From the NCBI GenBank assembly GCA_012523015.1, contig JAAYJI010000164.1, positions 1 through 62,995 on the forward strand: DNA of 62,995 bases. The letters run 5' to 3'. This document shows, in pieces, positions 1 through 8,600 of this stretch. This stretch comes from Candidatus Hydrogenedentota bacterium. Lineage in GTDB: Bacteria > Hydrogenedentota > Hydrogenedentia > Hydrogenedentales > CAITNO01. Position 1 is the first letter of the stretch; each line of letters opens with the position of its first letter. The position numbers were made by a program, and so were the translations under genes. Below the pieces are notes generated by a model, which ran no database searches, had not been told where the DNA came from, and was given only the letters and a program-made list of their open reading frames with translations.

Positions 1-288
1 CCGGGCTCCAGTTTGCGCGATTATTCGAAGCCGGGAGCGCGTATCGAGGGCGTTATGATCTATCCGACTCTGCCGGGCTCCAGTCTGCGCGATTATTCGA
101 AACCGGGTGCACGCATTCAGGGAGACACCATGGTGCCGACCCTGCCCGGCTCCGGTCTTCGCGACTACTCAAAGCCGAGCACATGCATTAAGGATGATAC
201 CATCTCGCCTACCTTACCGGGCACAAAGCTGCGGGACTACTCGAAGCCTTCAGAGCGCATAGAAGTGAAATCTGATGAGGATCACTCC
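1..288 (+). repeat. 72-bp tandem repeat, 4 copies (starting at 1, 73, 145 and 217), in frame and coding
   Basis: Direct reading shows ccgggctcc...ctg units recurring every 72 nt. The fourth copy is the most diverged. Confidence 0.8.
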
Positions 289-453
289 CGCGAAAAAATG
301 TGGTATCAACATAAGATGCTCACAGAAGAGACGGAACCGCCCAAAGCGGAAACACCATCGATAGAACCGAAACCTTATAAGCTAAAAACACCTATGAAAA
401 AGACACCGGTCAAATATCCGAGTATTATTGAAAACAATAACACTAAAGATTGA
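1..453 (+). CDS. C-terminal fragment of a repeat-containing (probably secreted or surface) protein; the 5' end lies outside the window
   Basis: The reading frame is open from base 1, so the TTG 'start' listed at 13 sits inside the first repeat. There are four 24-aa units of the form PGS(S/G)LRDYSKPGARI.G....PTL, followed by a Lys/Pro/Glu-rich tail. The stop is TGA at 451-453. Confidence 0.6.
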   Translation, partial: PGSSLRDYSKPGARIEGVMIYPTLPGSSLRDYSKPGARIQGDTMVPTLPGSGLRDYSKPSTCIKDDTISPTLPGTKLRDYSKPSERIEVKSDEDHSREKMWYQHKMLTEETEPPKAETPSIEPKPYKLKTPMKKTPVKYPSIIENNNTKD

Positions 454-608
454 CGATCTGTCCCCTTCTGTTTTCCGTGAAAGCGCCTGTGCTCTTGCAA
501 CCGATAGCGCCCTTGATGGGTCATATCTTTTGAGAGCGGAATAGGCCGCTTTTGCCATGCGATAGGTGATCGCTATTACATCAAGCAGTATACGGAGGAG
601 GTTCATTT

Positions 609-1550
609 TTGATTGCTTCAAAAATTTCTCGGCGCAGTGTCCTAATTGTAGTGGTGGGGTGTGTATTGTTGGCCGCCTTGGGTCTATGGCTCCGTGCTCA
701 GCGTGGTATCATCGTTGAGGTACATACTGACGCTTTGGCTGCAGACTCACAAGAAACGGGTGCTGTCGAATTTACCATTGCCACGTATAATGTGCAGGCA
801 CGGCCGGTGCTCGATAATTCACGGCACAAGTTTAAATACATCTCGCCTTTACTTAATCAATTCGATATTTGCGCGATCCAAGAATGCTTCAAGGATCATC
901 GTCGTTTGTGGCAGGAGGCGCGGCACTCGGTTAAAATTTATCACGCCTCTCTGAAACATCCCTTTGAATTGGTATCCTCAGGGCTTTCTATTCTGGGCAA
1001 CTTCCCACTGCAGGATGTGGCGGAAACACATTTTGCAGATGAAGGAGACGCTCAAAATTGGCCCGCCTCGAAAGGCGTGTTAAAAGCCACCTTTGATATG
1101 AACGGAATGATGCTGGATGTATATACCACGCACATCGCCGCCGGCAGCAAACCAGCAAGCCGACGGGCTCGGTTTACCCAAGGGGATGCGCTGATCCAAT
1201 TCATTCATGAAAACTCGCCTTCGGACCATTCTTTTATTGTCTTGGGTGATTTTAATATGCGGCCCAGCCGCGGCGCTGAAGATAAAGAGAAGAACAAAGA
1301 TAATCCCAAAGTCATGGGTTTTGATCATCTCGTGGAAGCCCTGAATGTGGAAGATGCTTCAGACATCATTAATGGCCCTACAGGCACGGAGATTGACCGT
1401 GTTTTATTTCGTGCGGGAGAGGGGCATCACTTACAAGTTTTGGGCTGGGAACGGGGCGATCCTGCCTTCGTAGACCCTGAAGGCAAAGCGCTCAGTGATC
1501 ATGTTCCTGTATCTGTTCGCTTCCGATTATCCCTTGACGAGTCCCTGTAG
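609..1550 (+). CDS. Endonuclease/exonuclease/phosphatase (EEP) family protein with an N-terminal membrane anchor (sphingomyelinase/phosphatase-like)
   Basis: TTG start preceded by GGAGGAGG about 10 nt upstream. N-terminal TM segment VLIVVVGCVLLAALGLW. EEP-type motifs are present: TIATYNVQ, IQECF, VLGDFN and SDHVPV. Confidence 0.8.
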   Translation: MIASKISRRSVLIVVVGCVLLAALGLWLRAQRGIIVEVHTDALAADSQETGAVEFTIATYNVQARPVLDNSRHKFKYISPLLNQFDICAIQECFKDHRRLWQEARHSVKIYHASLKHPFELVSSGLSILGNFPLQDVAETHFADEGDAQNWPASKGVLKATFDMNGMMLDVYTTHIAAGSKPASRRARFTQGDALIQFIHENSPSDHSFIVLGDFNMRPSRGAEDKEKNKDNPKVMGFDHLVEALNVEDASDIINGPTGTEIDRVLFRAGEGHHLQVLGWERGDPAFVDPEGKALSDHVPVSVRFRLSLDESL

Positions 1551-1588
1551 GGCGCAGCTTAAATGGGATGGGCAGCCTTAAAAGTGCA

Positions 1589-1624
1589 GGGCAGGAAAAC
1601 TTGCGTGAACAAGTCTTCCTGCCC
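1589..1624. terminator. 15-bp-stem hairpin between convergent genes (candidate bidirectional terminator)
   Basis: GGGCAGGAAAACTTG-cgtgaa-CAAGTCTTCCTGCCC, with one mismatch. It lies between the EEP stop (1550) and the lectin gene stop (1705). There is no strong U-tract, and two smaller hairpins follow (about 1641-1662 and 1672-1696). Confidence 0.35.
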
Positions 1625-1704
1625 AATCCCGTATTAGTACCTGTTATTGACGATGTAATAACAACATCAATCACACAGCATTAAGGACCTGTGTGCCGGA
1701 GTTT

Positions 1705-2991
1705 TTATTTTTTGCGGCGGCTGCAGATCGCGGCTAAGGACAGCAATGAACCCAAAGCAATGAGACCGGTTGTTGTAGCAACAGGCAATGCTTCCACAAC
1801 GATGAGTTCGGCTTCTTTTGTCATAATGTTTGCCGACGACTCGTCTGAAATCTGACAGCTATAAAGTCCTGCATCATCAAAGATCACGTGAGGAATTGTA
1901 AGGACGGCACTGTTGGCGCCGGAAACGGGAGCGCCGTCTTTTAACCACTGATATTGGACCACGCCTGTGGGATTCAGAACAGTAACAGAAACCGTATAGG
2001 GATTGTCGAGGGCTACCCGCGTGGCAAGAGGAACGGGACCATCATAGTTAATCTGTGGAACGTCGGATTCAACAATGGCAAAACGTTCGCGTATTACATT
2101 GAGGTCATTCCAACTTCCCTGGCTCATGGTGATGGTGCCGGCATCTTCGTCGTCATTGGCGTTGTTTGGTTCTCCGGAAGACCAGTTAGAATAAAATCCG
2201 GCTACGGTTTCACCGTCTTCATAATCGCCGTTAAAGAAATTCTCACCCGTATGATCCCAAACCCAGGTCCCTTCTTCTTCAATATCATTGGCGCCGGTCC
2301 AAGCATCACTGGCCACGGGGCGGAACATTTCCGAGATCCATTGATTTTCTTGGGCGTCATTAATCACTACAAGGTAGCCGCCAAGCTTAATCGCTTCTTC
2401 TCTCGCTTTGTGCCAGGTGTACGATCCGATTACACGATAGAAATGACCATTGTTCGGATTGGAATGCCAGTAACGGACACGGTCTCCAATGCTGTCGCCG
2501 GGAACTAAACATGCGGCGGGAACAGGCTCGCGGGCAATATCAGGACCCTTCCATTCAAACTTGATGACCGCGTCGCCGGTACTTTCAAAATATTCCAAAC
2601 GGACGGGAAGGCTTTCGCCTGCAGTGAGGTCTATCTCCACCGAGTATTCTGTTGGCGATTGTCCTTTCCATGCGTTCACTTCGAGGACGCCATCCATCCA
2701 TAACCGAACCCCGTCGTCGGCTGTGACGAAAAAAGTATAGGTACCGCTTACTTCAGCCACGACGCTTCCCGTCCAGCAAACAGAAAAATAGTTAACGGGG
2801 ATTTTCGGGTCAGGAGAACCTTCTTTCCAATCAAAAAAGACTTGCGGATCAATGCGTGACACACGAAGATCGGATAATTGCGTCGTGCCGTAATATTCAC
2901 CATACAAACCCTGTGCGTGGCTCACGGCCGGCAGTACGCTCAATCCCAAACAACACAATAGACCGACGATTAAAACACTACGACATTTCAT
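1705..2991 (-). CDS. Surface protein with signal peptide, PA14 domain, C-type lectin domain, Ig-like domain and a C-terminal TM segment with basic tail
   Basis: Signal peptide MKCRSVLIVGLLCCLGLSVLPAVSHA. PA14-like GLYGEYYG...RIDPQVFFDW...VRLWMDG. C-type lectin pattern WTGANDIEEEGTWVWD...SGEPNN...GSWNDL. Ig-like YQWLKDGAPV...DAGLYSCQ. C-terminal LPVATTTGLIALGSLLSLAAICSRRKK. Confidence 0.85.
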   Translation of the reverse strand: MKCRSVLIVGLLCCLGLSVLPAVSHAQGLYGEYYGTTQLSDLRVSRIDPQVFFDWKEGSPDPKIPVNYFSVCWTGSVVAEVSGTYTFFVTADDGVRLWMDGVLEVNAWKGQSPTEYSVEIDLTAGESLPVRLEYFESTGDAVIKFEWKGPDIAREPVPAACLVPGDSIGDRVRYWHSNPNNGHFYRVIGSYTWHKAREEAIKLGGYLVVINDAQENQWISEMFRPVASDAWTGANDIEEEGTWVWDHTGENFFNGDYEDGETVAGFYSNWSSGEPNNANDDEDAGTITMSQGSWNDLNVIRERFAIVESDVPQINYDGPVPLATRVALDNPYTVSVTVLNPTGVVQYQWLKDGAPVSGANSAVLTIPHVIFDDAGLYSCQISDESSANIMTKEAELIVVEALPVATTTGLIALGSLLSLAAICSRRKK

Positions 2992-3695
2992 GATAGGAAT
3001 CCTTATGTTGTAAACAACGGTTTTCGTGGAGGGAGACCTCTTTCCGAACCACGACCACTTCTCTTAAAACAACAATAACAACAAAAAAACAAACCTTTTA
3101 AACTATGATGCTTCCTCTAGATAATACTTCGCTTCTATATCCAGTATACCTTAACATATCAAATAAGTCAACAGACCAGTAGTGATAAAATAATGCAGTT
3201 CTGAACGTGGTGAAGTACAAAAATAGGAAACGACGCATCACGTAAAAGAGAGGCCTAAAAAGGGATGAAAAAAAGTGAAGTGCGACACCGCTACTTTTGT
3301 TCCCCACCAGAACCCCAAAACAGCGTCCTCGATTTTTCAAAAGAAAGGAGGCCATTCAAAGGCGAACTATGCGTCTGCCATCAGAAGAGGTCAGTCTCTG
3401 TTTCGTTCAGAAAATCGGTATGGAACTCCCCTTTCCCCTCAGACCGCTACGATATTTTTGAGCCTCTTCGGTTTGATTGCGGTTTGCCTTTTTTTGCCCG
3501 CCCTATTTTTTCTCTTTCGACGGGAATAGAAAAAGTGCAGCGCACAAAACACGGACAGCGTCTAGGACTAAAAAGGACAATTTCTCCTTTTTGATTCATT
3601 CTTTCTTCGTCGGCGTCACCACTGCTTCCCGGTTTTTTTGTGCGCAGTACTTTTACGCTTTTCTTATCTAAATGGGTAATTTCCTAAAAAAAGAG

Positions 3696-3724
3696 TTGCA
3701 ATTGGTGGTTGAATGTGCTATAGT
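3696..3724 (+). promoter_or_regulatory. Sigma-70-like promoter upstream of rex (-35 TTGCAA, 17-nt spacer, -10 TATAGT)
   Basis: TTGCAA at 3696-3701, a 17-nt spacer, and TATAGT at 3719-3724. This would give a leader of about 145 nt before the rex ATG at 3877. A weak inverted repeat TTCGT-N10-ACGAA (3732-3751) overlaps the expected transcription start. Confidence 0.45.
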
Positions 3725-3876
3725 ATATCTGTTCGTTTATTTTTTCACGAATGGATTTTGTAGACTTACTTACCGGTAAGTCAAAAAAGAATAGGACAAA
3801 AAAACGGTCGATAGCATGTCGTGCGCGGATGGGTAAATCTAGTAGACAGCTTATCACCATTAGACTAAACAATCTT

Positions 3877-4575
3877 ATGACAAAAATAATTCCAGAGCGA
3901 AGTATCGAACGTCTGAGCGTTTATCGCCGTGTCTTATTGCAATTGCGAGACGCTGATGCGGCGGTTGTCTTTTCTCACGAATTATCAAAACATGCCGGTG
4001 TTACTGCTGCGCAGGTACGCCGCGATATTATGCATCTCGGTTGTATGGGGGTTCCTAATTCGGGATATCGCACCAGCGAATTACTCGATGCCATCAACAC
4101 CTTTCTTGACGCGCCGGAAAGTCAGCGTGCCGTGCTGATTGGTGTGGGCCATCTTGGGCTTGCCCTGCTAAATCATTTTTCCGGCCGCTGGCGTTGGCTC
4201 CATATTCATGCTGCCTTCGATACGGACGCGGGGAAACAAGATACTTTAATCCGCGGTGTGCGCTGCTATCCCCTTTCAGAAATTGGGCGTATTGTGCGGG
4301 AGTGGCGTATCGATGTTGGCATCTTGACAGTGCCCAAGGATGCCGCCCAAAACGTGGCAGACCGTTTATGCGCGGCCGGCGTGCGGGGGCTTCTTAATTT
4401 TGCTTCTTTACGGCTTCAGGTTCCTGAAGGCGTCTATGTTGAAAATGTAGATCTTACTAGTTCATTTGAAAAGGTTGCCTTTTTTGCCCGTCAGGGGTCG
4501 AAGGCATTGGATTCCTCGTTACCGTGTGACCAAGCGGAAGCAGTGAATTCCGTGGAAGGCACACAAAGTCATTAA
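3877..4575 (+). CDS. rex: Redox-sensing transcriptional repressor Rex
   Basis: The Rex N-terminal winged-helix signature IPERSIERLSVYRR...GVTAAQVRRDIMHLG is present. The Rossmann motif VLIGVGHLGLALLNHF is also present. I prefer the ATG at 3877 (232 aa, typical Rex size) over the listed start at 3751, whose extension is Lys/Arg-rich and has no counterpart in Rex proteins. Confidence 0.88.
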   Translation: MTKIIPERSIERLSVYRRVLLQLRDADAAVVFSHELSKHAGVTAAQVRRDIMHLGCMGVPNSGYRTSELLDAINTFLDAPESQRAVLIGVGHLGLALLNHFSGRWRWLHIHAAFDTDAGKQDTLIRGVRCYPLSEIGRIVREWRIDVGILTVPKDAAQNVADRLCAAGVRGLLNFASLRLQVPEGVYVENVDLTSSFEKVAFFARQGSKALDSSLPCDQAEAVNSVEGTQSH

Positions 4576-4630
4576 AAGTTGTGTTGCCCGAGGCTGGTGC
4601 CCCGGGGTCTATCCCAAGGAGAGAATAGCT

Positions 4631-5167
4631 ATGGTTGAGAAAGAGCATTGTTGCTGCTGTACAGAAGAGGCGACAGAAGAAGAACTGCTTTCACGCCTCG
4701 ACGAGGTCATCGCGGAGTACAAGGATAAGCCCGGCGCCTTGATTCCGGTTCTCCAACAGGCGCAAGCGATCTTCGGCTACCTGCCGGATGTTGCATTGCG
4801 CAAAGTGAGTCTGGGCTTGAATAAACCCTACAGCGAAGTGGCGGGTGTTGTAGGATTCTATTCTTATTTTTCCACACAGCCCCGAGGCAAGCACGTGATC
4901 CGTGTGTGTCTGGGCACGGCATGTTATGTTCGCGGCGGCAAACAAGTCCTTGCCGAGTTGAAAAATCGTCTTGGTGTAGACGTTGGCGAAACGACCCCGG
5001 ATCGGGTTTTTTCCCTTGACGTAGCGCGTTGTTTCGGCGCCTGCGGTCTCGCGCCTGCCATCATGATTGATGACGAAGTGCACCAGCGTGTCAAGCCGGC
5101 ACGGCTGGGCCAAATTTTGGATCAGTATTTGGATCAGGATCAGGCAGCCACTTCGGCGACGTCCTGA
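4631..5167 (+). CDS. hndA: [FeFe]-hydrogenase complex subunit, NuoE/HndA-like [2Fe-2S] thioredoxin-fold protein
   Basis: Shows the NuoE pattern: CLGTACYVRGG...ARCFGACGLAPAIMIDDE. RBS GGAGAG lies upstream. The N-terminus has an unusual HCCCC stretch. Confidence 0.88.
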   Translation: MVEKEHCCCCTEEATEEELLSRLDEVIAEYKDKPGALIPVLQQAQAIFGYLPDVALRKVSLGLNKPYSEVAGVVGFYSYFSTQPRGKHVIRVCLGTACYVRGGKQVLAELKNRLGVDVGETTPDRVFSLDVARCFGACGLAPAIMIDDEVHQRVKPARLGQILDQYLDQDQAATSATS

Positions 5168-5192
5168 GAAACGAGCCGTTAACCAAGGAGTT

Positions 5193-5573
5193 ATGACAAT
5201 TATGACAACCAAGATTTCATCCCCCGCAGATCTGAGCGCGCTGCGCGAAAAGGCTCGTGCGGCGATTGCGCTGCGTTCTGAACCCAAAGAAATTACCGTG
5301 ACGGTTCACATGGGCACCTGCGGTATTGCTGCCGGTACGCGTGACGTCCTTTCGACGCTCACCCAATGCCTTGATCAAGAAGGCGTCAACAACGTTACTG
5401 TTCGCCAGTCAGGCTGCATCGGCCTTTGCGACCGTGAGCCCATGTTTACGTTGGTGGACAAGTCCGGCAAAGAATATCGTTATGGCAAATTGAACAGTGA
5501 GCGCGTGCGCACCATCGTTCAAGATCATATTTTAAAAGGCAATCCCGTAATGGAATATCTCATTGGCCAGTAA
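5193..5573 (+). CDS. hndB: Small thioredoxin-like [2Fe-2S] ferredoxin subunit (HndB-like)
   Basis: VTVHMGTCGIAAG...SGCIGLCDREPMF. AAGGAG at 5185-5190. The start is ATG 5193 or ATG 5202; the listed start at 5067 overlaps the end of hndA. Confidence 0.8.
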   Translation: MTIMTTKISSPADLSALREKARAAIALRSEPKEITVTVHMGTCGIAAGTRDVLSTLTQCLDQEGVNNVTVRQSGCIGLCDREPMFTLVDKSGKEYRYGKLNSERVRTIVQDHILKGNPVMEYLIGQ

Positions 5574-5617
5574 TCGGCCGGAGAGCAAACGAAACAATCA
5601 AGGAGAAGTTTAATATC

Positions 5618-8600
5618 ATGAATACCGTACATTCTCATGTGTTGGTTTGCGCCGGTGCGGGATGTGTTGCCTCCGGCGCGTATGCAGTAATCGAGGCACT
5701 CGAAGCATCTATGCGCAAGCACGGGCTCAATGAGGAGGTCAACCTTGTACGCACGGGTTGTCTCGGCCCCTGCGCCATCGGCCCCGTTGCCGTTGTCTAT
5801 CCCGACGGCGTATTTTACCAAGGCATCAAACCTGAAGATGCCGAAGAGATCGTGACGGAGCACTTGCTCAAAGGGCGTACCGTCGACCGTTTGAATTTTA
5901 AAGTTACCGCCACCGCGCAGATTATTCCTGCCCTGCAAGAGATCAATTTCTTCCAGCAGCAGCAAAAGATCGTACTGCGCAATTGCGGTGTTATCGATCC
6001 CACCAGTATCGAAGAATATATTGCCCGTGACGGCTACCAAGCCCTTGCCAAAGTGCTGAGTGAAATGAAGCCGGAAGAGGTGACCGATACGGTGAAAAAG
6101 TCCGGGCTCCGCGGACGTGGCGGTGCCGGCTTCCTGAGCGGGCTCAAGTGGGAATTCACACGAAAGGCGCCGGGCGATAAAAAATACGTGCTTTGCAATG
6201 CCGACGAAGGCGACCCCGGCGCGTTCATGGACCGCAGTGTCCTCGAAGGCGATCCGCACAGTGTGATCGAAGCCATGACCATTGCCGGCTATGCAGTAGG
6301 ATCGGACGAAGGCTTTGTTTATGTGCGCGCTGAATATCCCCTTGCTGTGGAACGTTTAGAAAACGCGTTGAAACAAGCCCGTGAATTGGGATTGCTCGGC
6401 AAAAACATCATGGGTTCAGGCTTTGACTTTGAGCTGGAAATCCGTATGGGATCCGGCGCTTTTGTGTGCGGCGAAGAAACAGCGCTCATGCGTTCTATTG
6501 AAGGCAAGCGCGGTGAACCGCGGCCCCGTCCGCCCTTCCCCGCTGTTCAGGGTCTTTGGGAAAAACCCAGCTTGCTCAACAATGTAGAAACCTATGCGAA
6601 CATTCCGGTCATCATTAATAAGGGTGCTGACTGGTTCGCCGGTATTGGCACAGAGACGAGCAAAGGCACCAAGGTCTTCGCCCTTGCCGGGGCAGTTCAT
6701 AACAGCGGCCTTGTGGAAGTGCCCATTGGCACGCCTCTCGGTGAAATTATTTATGATATCGGCGGCGGTATCCCCAACGATAAAAAATTCAAGGCGGCTC
6801 AGATTGGCGGACCATCCGGCGGTTGTATCCCCCGCGAACATCTCAATGTGCCCATTGACTATGAAACATTGACCGAGCTGGGCGCTATTATGGGCTCCGG
6901 TGGTCTCATCGTCATGGACGAGGATACATGTATGGTCGACATGGCGCGTTTCTTCCTCGATTTTGTGCAGGAAGAGTCTTGCGGAAAATGTGTGCCCTGC
7001 CGTGTCGGTACCAAACGCATGCTTGAGATTGTCAGCCGCATTTGCGATGGTCAGGGAGAAGAAGGCGATGTGGAGAAGCTGATCGCACTGGGCGAACAAA
7101 TTAAAGATACTGCCCTTTGCGGTTTGGGTCAGACAGCGCCCAATCCCGTGCTCAGCACCATCCGTCACTTCCGCGAAGAATATGACATTCACATTCGCGA
7201 AAAACGGTGTCCCGCCGGTGTCTGTCCTGCGCTTGTTCGCGCGCCTTGTATGAGTGCGTGCCCCGCCAATGTGTACATTCCCGGTTTCGTTTCGCTTGTG
7301 GGTGAAAAACGTTATGCAGAAGCGCTCCGCGTTCACCGCGACAGCAACCCCTTCGCTTCCGTCTGTGCCCGTGTATGCTTCCATACCTGTGAAGACAAAT
7401 GCCGCCGCGCTAATCTGGACGATCCCGTCGCGATTCGCGGTATCAAGCGCTTCATGGTCGAACAAGAAGTAACCATTCAGCTGCCGGAAATGCGTGAGAA
7501 CGAAGCGAATGCCAAACGAAAGATCGCTATCGTTGGCTGCGGCCCGGCAGGCCTTACCTGCGCATATTTCCTTGCCCGTCTTGGCTATCAGCCCAAGGTG
7601 TTTGAGGCGGCTCCCCGTCCCGGCGGTCTATTGGTTCAGTGTATTCCTGCCTACCGCATGCCCCGTGAAGAGTTGGCCCGTGAAATTCGCATGATCGAGC
7701 GGATGGGCGTTGAAATTGAAACCAACAAAGCCTTAGGCAAAGATTTCACCTTAGAAGACTTGCGCGATCAGGGCTATGAAGCCGTATTCCTCGGTGTCGG
7801 CGCTCCCGCCGGTGCGAAACTGCGCATTGCGAATGAAGATGCTGAAGGCGTCTATGATTCCATGGACTTCTTACGCGAATATAATCTGCGCGGTTCCGCG
7901 ACAGTGGGCAAAAAAGTTGTGGTCATTGGCGGCGGTAACGCGGCAATTGACGCGGCACGTACCGCGGTGCGCTTGGGCGCAGAGGCGGTGACGATTCTCT
8001 ACCGGCGTACCCGTGACGAAATGCCGGCCTATCAAGAAGAAATTGAAGAAGCCGAAAATGAAGGCATCATTCTGAAGACGCTGGTCTCGCCTCAAGAGAT
8101 TGTTGTTGAAAACGGCAAGGTCGCCGGTGTCCGTTGCGATCACATGTGGCTGGGCGATTTCGACCGCAGCGGCCGCAGACGCCCGCAAATTCAGGAGAAT
8201 GGAGAATCCTTCATCGAAGCGGCGGATCAGGTCATTGCCGCCATCGGTCAGTCTCTGGATACCCAGTCGGTTCTTGGCGACATGGCGGTCAAGCTGAATC
8301 TCAACGGCTTCGTTGCTGCAGATCCTCTCTATGGCCGCACTTCCGTGGAATGGCTCTTTGCCGGCGGTGATGCCGCTGACGGTCCTTCCTCGGTGGCGGA
8401 AGCGATTGGCGCAGGCGAACGCGCCGCTGTTGGCATTGATTGTTTCCTCACGGGCGAAGAGCACGCCTTCTGGCGTGAAGCCTATGAGGTGGACGCGGAA
8501 TTTGATCCCGATGCCGATCCTACCGACGCGCCTCGTGCGAAGATGAAACTCATTCCCCGTGAACGACGTATACACAATTTCAACGAAGTAGAAATGGCTT

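Noticed and set aside
1705-2991. The C-type-lectin protein as the variable target of a diversity-generating retroelement
   Set aside because: There is no reverse transcriptase gene in the window. I found no second copy (template repeat) of the lectin 3' region. The domain is a canonical metazoan-type CTLD, not the DGR-type CLec/FGE fold at the extreme C-terminus.
3098-3671. Overlapping ORFs of 64-109 aa in the 2992-3750 gap (3098-3355 minus strand; 3265-3594, 3275-3529 and 3477-3671 plus strand)
   Set aside because: They are mutually overlapping in different frames, with Phe/Arg/Ser-rich low-complexity products. None has an RBS or a recognisable domain. The region is treated as non-coding.
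3730-3751. Canonical Rex operator at the rex promoter (cTGTTCGTTTATTTTTTCACGAA), and another upstream of hndA (4576-4630)
   Set aside because: Only the right half (TTCAC) resembles the TTGTGAA-N-TTCACAA consensus, the left half and spacing do not fit, and nothing similar lies upstream of hndA. It is kept only as a weak inverted repeat in the promoter feature.
5525-8575. Long antisense ORFs inside hndC (5525-6259, 6416-7465 and 7871-8575, all minus strand)
   Set aside because: The plus strand carries unmistakable NuoF and GltD motifs across the same interval. The antisense translations are low-complexity (Ala/Gly/Arg/Phe-rich) shadow ORFs typical of GC-skewed codon usage.
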